Shown one piece after another: positions 57,858 through 64,000 of a DNA stretch of 64,000 nucleotides. Within the stretch, counting starts at the first letter, position 1; each line of letters starts with the position of its first letter. Origin of the DNA: Clostridiales bacterium (GTDB taxonomy: Bacteria > Bacillota > Clostridia > Saccharofermentanales > Saccharofermentanaceae). The stretch is taken from contig JAFWDK010000001.1 in NCBI GenBank assembly GCA_017513085.1, positions 1 through 64,000 of the forward strand, in the 5' to 3' direction. The position numbers were made by a program, and so were the translations under genes. Below the pieces are notes generated by a model. The model was given only the letters and a program-made list of their open reading frames with translations, searched no databases and was not told where the DNA came from.

Positions 57858-58430
57858 ATGGAAAAGTTTTTAGTTGAGATTTCAGCCCGTCACGTTCATC
57901 TTTGCCAGAAGACCGTGGACGTTCTGTTTGGCGAAGGCCATCAGTTGACTCCGATCAAGGATCTGTCCCAGCCCGGACAGTTCGCCTGCGAAGAAAAGGT
58001 CACCGTCGTCGGCCCAAGAGGCAAACTTACCTGCCGTATCTTAGGCCCGACCAGAAAAGAAGACCAGATCGAAGTTTCGCTGACTGAAGCGAGACAGCTG
58101 GGTATTGAAGCTTTGATCCGTGAATCCGGCCATTTGGACGGCACAAACGGCTGCATGGTCGAAGGGCCCTGCGGCTCTGTTGAGCTCGCAAAAGGCGTGA
58201 TCGCCGCGAAGCGCCACATCCATATGGAACCGAAAGACGGAGAATACTACGGTGTCAGCAACGGCGATATCGTCGCTGTCCGCATTCAGACACCGGAAAG
58301 AAGCATCGTATTTGACGACACCGTCGTCCGTATCAATGAGAATTATCGTCTGGCCATGCATATCGATACCGATGAGGCGAATGCGGCCGGTTTAAAGGGT
58401 AATGGAGAAGGAGAGTTGATTAAACTATGA
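57858..58430 (+). CDS. pduL: Phosphate propanoyl/acetyl-transferase PduL
   Basis: SARHVHL, LSQPGQFA, RILGP.R, RESG, KRHIHM, MHIDTDEANA; GGGAG RBS before ATG 57858. Confidence 0.93.
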   Translation: MEKFLVEISARHVHLCQKTVDVLFGEGHQLTPIKDLSQPGQFACEEKVTVVGPRGKLTCRILGPTRKEDQIEVSLTEARQLGIEALIRESGHLDGTNGCMVEGPCGSVELAKGVIAAKRHIHMEPKDGEYYGVSNGDIVAVRIQTPERSIVFDDTVVRINENYRLAMHIDTDEANAAGLKGNGEGELIKL

Positions 58431-59152
58431 AAATTATCCGCGTTAAAGATTACGAAGAAGCATCCCAGAAAGCCTATGAAGTGATGAAAGAATTCATCAA
58501 ACCGGGCGCTGTTTTAGGTCTGGCTACCGGCAGCACACCTTTAGGTCTGTATGCCCTGATGGTCAAGGATCACGAAGAAAACGGCACAGACTACACCAAC
58601 ATCCGCACATTCAATCTGGATGAGTATGTCGGTCTGCCGCTGCATCACCGTGAATCCTACTATTCCTTCATGCATACCAACCTTTTCAATAAGATCGGTA
58701 TCCCGGAAGAGAATACCCACGTTCCCGGAGGCTTAGGCGATCTCGAAGCCAACTGCAAGGCATACGATGAAATGCTGGCGAAGGAATCTGTCGATATCCA
58801 GCTGCTCGGCATCGGCGCTGACGGCCATATCGGCTTCAACGAACCGGGCACACCGTTCAATCTCGGAACCCATGTCACTGATCTGACAGAACAGACACGT
58901 AAGGACAACCAGCGTTTCTTCAACGATCTCGGCGAAGAAACACCGACACAGGCTGTTACCATGGGTCCGGCTACGATCATGGCTGCCAAGAACGTTCTTC
59001 TGATCGCGACAGGCGAAAACAAAGCGGAAGCGATCAAGGGAATGATCGAAGGTCCGGTCAGCGAGGAATGCCAGGCATCCCTGTTGCAGAACCATCCCAG
59101 CTGCACAGTCATCATCGATGAGGGTGCGGGCAAATTACTGGAGAATCACTAG
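58427..59152 (+). CDS. nagB: Glucosamine-6-phosphate deaminase
   Basis: LGLATGSTP, FNLDEY, LGIGADGHIGFNEPG. Confidence 0.96.
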   Translation: MKIIRVKDYEEASQKAYEVMKEFIKPGAVLGLATGSTPLGLYALMVKDHEENGTDYTNIRTFNLDEYVGLPLHHRESYYSFMHTNLFNKIGIPEENTHVPGGLGDLEANCKAYDEMLAKESVDIQLLGIGADGHIGFNEPGTPFNLGTHVTDLTEQTRKDNQRFFNDLGEETPTQAVTMGPATIMAAKNVLLIATGENKAEAIKGMIEGPVSEECQASLLQNHPSCTVIIDEGAGKLLENH

Positions 59153-59189
59153 GAAGTTCTTATAATGAAGTCGAGGAGGTAGCTGACTT

Positions 59190-59495
59190 ATGAAGATCGT
59201 AAACAAAGCAGAATTTGAAGAAACCATCAAAGAAGGTGTGACTCTGGTCGACTTCTTCGCGACCTGGTGCGGACCGTGCAAGATGCTGGGTCCGGTACTT
59301 GAAGAGCTTTCCACAGAGATCCCGGACGTCAAATTCGTCAAAGTCGACGTCGATGACGAACCGGAACTCGCTGAAAAATACGGCATCATGTCGATCCCGA
59401 ACGTCTTCCTGTTCAAGAACGGGGAGATCGCCGGCAGTTTCCTGGGACTTCAGTCCAAGGAAAACGTTAAAACTTTCATCGAAGAAAGAAAGTAA
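59190..59495 (+). CDS. trxA: Thioredoxin
   Basis: VDFFATWCGPCKM, MSIP. Confidence 0.96.
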   Translation: MKIVNKAEFEETIKEGVTLVDFFATWCGPCKMLGPVLEELSTEIPDVKFVKVDVDDEPELAEKYGIMSIPNVFLFKNGEIAGSFLGLQSKENVKTFIEERK

Positions 59496-59514
59496 ACGTA
59501 TATCACAAACAAGC

Positions 59515-59539
59515 GAAACCCGGCATATGACGGGTTTTT
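59515..59539 (+). terminator. Intrinsic terminator after trxA
   Basis: AAACCCG-N8-CGGGTTT-TT. Confidence 0.65.
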
Positions 59540-59634
59540 CTTTGACCCGGTTGTCGAAAACATCTCGAAGTAAATACATGATCAGTTCATTCTGAAAAAG
59601 GCTATATAATAAAAGACGATAAAGAGGTCCAAGT

Positions 59635-61320
59635 ATGAAAAAGATAATTCTTTTATTGACGCTCATCCTGCTGGTTTTGACTGCAGGATGCAGTACACAG
59701 AAAAAAGAAGAGAACACTCCGGAGCCTGAAAAGACCGTAGCTGAGCGTACGGACGATATCTATATCTTCTACACCAGTGATGTTCACTGCGGCTTCGAAG
59801 AGAACCTGACCCTTGCCAGTGTCAAATCCCTGGTCGATGAGACAAAAGCCGAACATGAATTCGTATCCCTGGTCGATATCGGTGATTATCTTCAGGGCGG
59901 CACATTAGGTTCACTTTCAAAAGGCAAGCTGTGCATCGATCTGATGAATAAGACGGGCTACGATATCGCGACTGTCGGTAACCACGAATTCGATTACGGC
60001 ATGGAAGAACTGGCGAAGCGGTTTGCGGAAGCGGATTTTGATATCGTTGCTTCCAACGTCATCTACTCCGGCAGCGGAAAGAACATCTTCGCGGATATTC
60101 CGGAATATGTCATTAAAGACTACGGAGGGACGAAAATCGCTTTCCTTGGTATCCTGACCCCTCAAAGCATCCTCCAGTCCACTCCGAAATATTTCATGGA
60201 AAACGGTGAATTCGTCTATGATTTCTATTCCGGCAGCAACGGCGAAGATCTCTACGCAAAGGTACAGTCTCTGGTCGATGAGGCCAGGGAACAGGGTGCG
60301 GAATATGTCATTGCGCTTGCTCACCTGGGCTCAGAAGCAGACACAGTTCCGTATGACTCGATCTCGCTGATCTCCCACACGACCGGGATCGACGTTGTCC
60401 TGGACGGTCATTCCCATTCTGTGATCATTGGCGATCCCTATCCCAATAAGAACGGCGAGGATGTCATCCTTTCCTCAGTCGGCACAAAACTTCAGGCACT
60501 GGGCGAGCTGATCATTGAGAAAGACGGAACGATCACGACCATGCATATCGACCACTATGACAAACAGGACGAAACGATCCTTGAGAGTCTGGCTGCCGCC
60601 AATGCGGAAGCCGAAACAGTCCTTGGCGAGAAGATCTGTGATCTGGACTTTGACCTGACGATCAAGGATGAAGAAGGTATCCGGATGGTACGCGCAAGAG
60701 AAACGACTGCCGGTGATTTCGTGGCAGATGCAGTCCGCTCCGTCATGGGAACAGACATCGCTATGATAAACGGGGGCGGTGTCCGTAATACGATCGCAGC
60801 CGGCGAAGTCACCGTCGGTGATCTTCTGGAAGTCATGCCTTTCCAGAATACGATCGCTTCTGTAAGGGCGACCGGTCAGCAGATCCTGGATGCGCTTGAA
60901 TTCTCCAGCCGGCAGACCGAGGCTTTATATAAACTTGACGGAAATGCCGTTGGTGAGAACGGCGGTTTCCTGCAGGTCTCGGGATTGAAATATACGATCG
61001 ACACATCCGTCGAATCACAGGTGACTGTCGATGAGAATGGAATGTTCAATGGATATTCCGGAGACAGCAGAAGGGTTACGGATGTCATGGTCCTGAAAGA
61101 CGGGGAGTATATTCCGATCGATCCGGAGGCATATTATACTGTCGGCAGCTCTTCCTATATCCTGCTCGACAGCGGTGACGGAAATTCCGCCTTTGCGGAA
61201 GCGGAGGTCCTTTCGAACCTGGGTATTCTGGATATCGATGTATTGATGCAGTATCTGGAAGAACAGGGCGGCTTCGCGGAAAGCTACCGCGAGACGGAAG
61301 GCAGGATCACTGTAAAATAA
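59635..61320 (+). CDS. Bifunctional metallophosphatase/5'-nucleotidase lipoprotein
   Basis: Lipobox LTAGC; TSDVH, DIGD, GNHEFDYG, AHLG, DGHSH, NGGGVR, PFQN, FLQVSG. Confidence 0.93.
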   Translation: MKKIILLLTLILLVLTAGCSTQKKEENTPEPEKTVAERTDDIYIFYTSDVHCGFEENLTLASVKSLVDETKAEHEFVSLVDIGDYLQGGTLGSLSKGKLCIDLMNKTGYDIATVGNHEFDYGMEELAKRFAEADFDIVASNVIYSGSGKNIFADIPEYVIKDYGGTKIAFLGILTPQSILQSTPKYFMENGEFVYDFYSGSNGEDLYAKVQSLVDEAREQGAEYVIALAHLGSEADTVPYDSISLISHTTGIDVVLDGHSHSVIIGDPYPNKNGEDVILSSVGTKLQALGELIIEKDGTITTMHIDHYDKQDETILESLAAANAEAETVLGEKICDLDFDLTIKDEEGIRMVRARETTAGDFVADAVRSVMGTDIAMINGGGVRNTIAAGEVTVGDLLEVMPFQNTIASVRATGQQILDALEFSSRQTEALYKLDGNAVGENGGFLQVSGLKYTIDTSVESQVTVDENGMFNGYSGDSRRVTDVMVLKDGEYIPIDPEAYYTVGSSSYILLDSGDGNSAFAEAEVLSNLGILDIDVLMQYLEEQGGFAESYRETEGRITVK

Positions 61321-61339
61321 GTGAAATAAATCAGAAAAC

Positions 61340-61379
61340 AAAAGCCAAGGCTGCTATAAACAATTGCCTTGGCTTTTTT
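61340..61379. terminator. Bidirectional intrinsic terminator between convergent genes
   Basis: AAAAGCCAAGGC-N14-GCCTTGGCTTTT. Confidence 0.85.
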
Positions 61380-61404
61380 ATGTCTTGTTATAAAGATGAA
61401 ACAG

Positions 61405-61989
61405 CTATCTCTTCGATATGGTGTTCAGTAATAATCCCATCCCGTAATTCAGAAGAAGCAGGAAGACAAAGATGACCATCCCTATCGGCAGTCCCCAGGT
61501 AACGAATCCGTACCAGTCATTTCCCTGCCGTCCGTTCAGGATGATGTTTCCGAGATAGCCGCAGCCGTAGATAAATAGCGGAAGGACCGCAAGGATCAGC
61601 TCACTTCTGCTGAGCTTCTGTTCTCCGAGGAAGATCTCCTCAAAAAGACACAACAGCGGAACGGCGAGATGAAACCAGAAATTCGGTCCGACATATAAGA
61701 TCGAATAACCGAACATCGGTCCCAGGAACAAGGCGGTTACGAGAAAAGTAATCATCAGCGCGAGGCAGGCGGAGAATTTCAGGACTGCGCTGAAATGCGA
61801 ATTACGGAACAGCAGCCAGCAGATCGCGGCGAACGCGGCCAGTAGATTGGAGAGAACAGTGAAATAGCGTAAGCTCCAGATCCCTCTTGCGGAAAAGGAG
61901 CCGCCTCCGTTGAATACCATATTCAGCCATGACCAGAGGATGATGACGGCCAGAAAGAGATTCAGAATGATTTTTACCATATGCTTCAT
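61405..61989 (-). CDS. Integral membrane protein (Pr6Pr-like)
   Basis: About 6 TM helices, YFTVLSN, H..VP, DWYGF motifs. Confidence 0.7.
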   Translation of the reverse strand: MKHMVKIILNLFLAVIILWSWLNMVFNGGGSFSARGIWSLRYFTVLSNLLAAFAAICWLLFRNSHFSAVLKFSACLALMITFLVTALFLGPMFGYSILYVGPNFWFHLAVPLLCLFEEIFLGEQKLSRSELILAVLPLFIYGCGYLGNIILNGRQGNDWYGFVTWGLPIGMVIFVFLLLLNYGMGLLLNTISKR

Positions 61990-62085
61990 GTTTTTAGTAT
62001 ATACAATCCGCAGATCGAAATGCGCAGAATACTTTCTTCAGAATGGTGTGTCAAGCGGTTTGCAAAAACATATTCATACAATCGC

Positions 62086-62205
62086 TGTTTACTGTAAGTA
62101 AACAAATTCTTTATTTTTATGAAATTTTTGTTGCAATGCTTCGATTTTACAGTATTATATTAATGGTCATATAAAACATGACAAAAAGTTTAGTAAAAAT
62201 AAACT
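62086..62205 (+). promoter_or_regulatory. Promoter of the regulator-pot operon flanked by two GTTTA-N7-TAAAC palindromes
   Basis: TGTTTACTGTAAGTAAACA (62086-62104), TTGCAA (62131-62136), TATTAT (62153-62158), AGTTTAGTAAAAATAAACT (62187-62205). Confidence 0.65.
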
Positions 62206-62219
62206 AGAAGGGAGTTGCG

Positions 62220-62762
62220 ATGGACATCGGAAAAAGACTGAGACAACTTCGCACGAAAAACTCTCTGACCCTGGAGGAACTTGCCTCAAGGACAGAACTG
62301 ACAAAAGGATTCCTGTCCCAGCTGGAACGGAATCTGACTTCTCCGAGCATCTCCACTCTGGAGAATATCACGGGGGTCCTGGGCGTTCCGCTGGAGGATT
62401 TCTTCAAAGAGGAAGACAGAGAAACGCGCATCAGCTTCAGCAAGGATGATTATTCGGTAGATGAAAAAGACGGCCGCAAGATCACCTGGCTCGTTCCGGA
62501 CTCACAGAAGAATATCCTGGAGCCGATCCTGATGGAACTGCAGCCGGGAACCGAATCCCAGGAGATCGAGCCCTATGAGGGTGCTGAATTCGGCTATGTC
62601 CTGAAAGGACGAGTCGATCTGATCAAGACGGGAACGAATGAGGTCTATCATCTTCGCAAAGGCGACTCCTTCTATCTTGAAGGGGATTACACACACAAAC
62701 TGAGCAACATCGGCAAGGAACCGGGGGTCATCCTCTGGGTCGCGACACCGTCCATATTCTAA
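62220..62762 (+). CDS. XRE-family HTH + cupin transcriptional regulator (PuuR-like)
   Basis: [29 protein letters not shown]; cupin EFGYVLKG...GDSFY...H; directly upstream of potA. Confidence 0.9.
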   Translation: MDIGKRLRQLRTKNSLTLEELASRTELTKGFLSQLERNLTSPSISTLENITGVLGVPLEDFFKEEDRETRISFSKDDYSVDEKDGRKITWLVPDSQKNILEPILMELQPGTESQEIEPYEGAEFGYVLKGRVDLIKTGTNEVYHLRKGDSFYLEGDYTHKLSNIGKEPGVILWVATPSIF

Positions 62763-62784
62763 GCGAGTTCAGAGAGGGGAAAAT

Positions 62785-64000
62785 ATGAAGAAGCTAATTG
62801 AATTCCGCAATATCGTAAAAGCGTTTGGCAGCCAGGTCGTTCTTAAGGGGATCAATCTGGATATCTATGAGAATGAATTTGTCACACTGCTCGGTCCGTC
62901 CGGCTGCGGCAAGACGACCCTGTTAAGAATCCTGGGCGGATTCCTGAATCAGGATTCTGGCGAAGTCATTCTCGACGGCAAGGAGATCAGCAATGTTCCG
63001 GCCTATCAGCGCCCGATCAATACTGTTTTCCAGCGCTACGCTCTGTTCCCGCATCTGGATGTCTTTGACAACGTCGCCTTCGGTCTGCGCATCAAGAAGA
63101 TGTCGGAAGACCTGATCAAACCGAAAGTCGAGCGTATGATCTCTCTGGTCGGTCTTGAAGGCTTCGAACACCGTGATATCTCCATGATGTCCGGCGGCCA
63201 GCAGCAGCGTGTCGCGATCGCCCGTGCCCTGGTCAACGAACCGGATGTCCTTCTGCTTGACGAACCGCTCTCCGCTCTTGACCGCAAGCTGCGCGTTGAG
63301 ATGCAGCAGGAATTAAAGCGTATCCAGCAGGAAGTCGGCATCACCTTCATCTTCGTCACCCACGACCAGGAAGAAGCATTAACGATGTCCGATAAGATCG
63401 TCGTCATGCGTGACGGCGTGATCCAGCAGATCGGCACTCCGCTTGAGATCTACAATACCCCGAACAACCGCTATGTCGCGAACTTCATCGGCAACTCCAA
63501 TATCGTAGACGGCATGATGAAGAAAGACTACCTCGTAAAATTCGATGACCGTGAATATGAATGCGTCGACTTCGGCTTCAAACCGAATGAACTGGTCGAT
63601 GTCATCATCCGTCCGGAAGATATCCGCATCCTGCCGCCGAACAAAGGCAAACTCAACGGCCAGGTGCTTTCCGTCCTCTTCAAGGGCGTTCATTACGAAA
63701 CGATCGTCGAGACCCGCCGCGGTGCCTCCAAGACAGTAACTCTGCATGTCGTTGAAGGCCGCGATACCTTCAATAAGGAAGCAAACGAAATGATAAACGC
63801 GACGGACTTCACCGTCGATATCGAAGACGTCAAGAACCTGACGAACGAAGACCTGATCGCCCGCGCCAACGCGCAGGCCTGGGTCCCGGACAGCGAACAG
63901 GATATCTCCATCACGACTGTCGAAAACGGTCTGAAAGAGGAATCCGGCAGCTACCCGGTCACCTTCCGCACAGCCAAGGGAACTTCGATCACCGTCAACG
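62785..64000 (+). CDS. potA: Spermidine/putrescine ABC transporter ATPase (runs off the window; missing from the ORF track)
   Basis: [10 protein letters not shown]..., [53 protein letters not shown]; open to the window end. Confidence 0.92.
   Translation, partial: MKKLIEFRNIVKAFGSQVVLKGINLDIYENEFVTLLGPSGCGKTTLLRILGGFLNQDSGEVILDGKEISNVPAYQRPINTVFQRYALFPHLDVFDNVAFGLRIKKMSEDLIKPKVERMISLVGLEGFEHRDISMMSGGQQQRVAIARALVNEPDVLLLDEPLSALDRKLRVEMQQELKRIQQEVGITFIFVTHDQEEALTMSDKIVVMRDGVIQQIGTPLEIYNTPNNRYVANFIGNSNIVDGMMKKDYLVKFDDREYECVDFGFKPNELVDVIIRPEDIRILPPNKGKLNGQVLSVLFKGVHYETIVETRRGASKTVTLHVVEGRDTFNKEANEMINATDFTVDIEDVKNLTNEDLIARANAQAWVPDSEQDISITTVENGLKEESGSYPVTFRTAKGTSITVN

Overview
Firmicute chromosomal window; the host looks Erysipelotrichaceae-like from its protein content, which is tentative. 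(1) 1-~6200: the right part of an integrative mobilizable element (oriT-like hairpins, mobC, relaxase, replisome organizer, DnaC-like loader, TnpW-like, large serine recombinase). It is inserted in a membrane acyltransferase gene whose 3' remnant follows. (2) 6666-34142: a cell-envelope glycopolymer decoration cluster with GT2/GT4 enzymes, two polyprenyl-P-sugar synthases, about six polytopic GT-C-like proteins including YfhO, two MBOAT+SGNH pairs, an LtaS-family protein and an LCP-PASTA protein. (3) 34319-52846: a tightly coupled operon for an ABC-exported (Wzm/Wzt) phosphorylated glycan. It has three LicD domains, two cytidylyltransferases (one fused to a Gfo/Idh/MocA oxidoreductase), a ParB/Srx-fold protein, a probable HAD+PRT ribofuranosyltransferase, a methyltransferase-kinase-like-LicD fusion, GT61 and UDP-xylose synthase. 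This is the best candidate for an undescribed system. (4) 52952-64000: gdhA, wecE, an unannotated fnlA'/'fnlC deletion scar, an LbetaH acetyltransferase, ald, pduL, nagB, trxA, a 5'-nucleotidase, and an XRE-cupin regulator followed by potA (cut by the window edge). Many first genes of transcription units look leaderless. All calls come from motif reading by eye; no searches were run.
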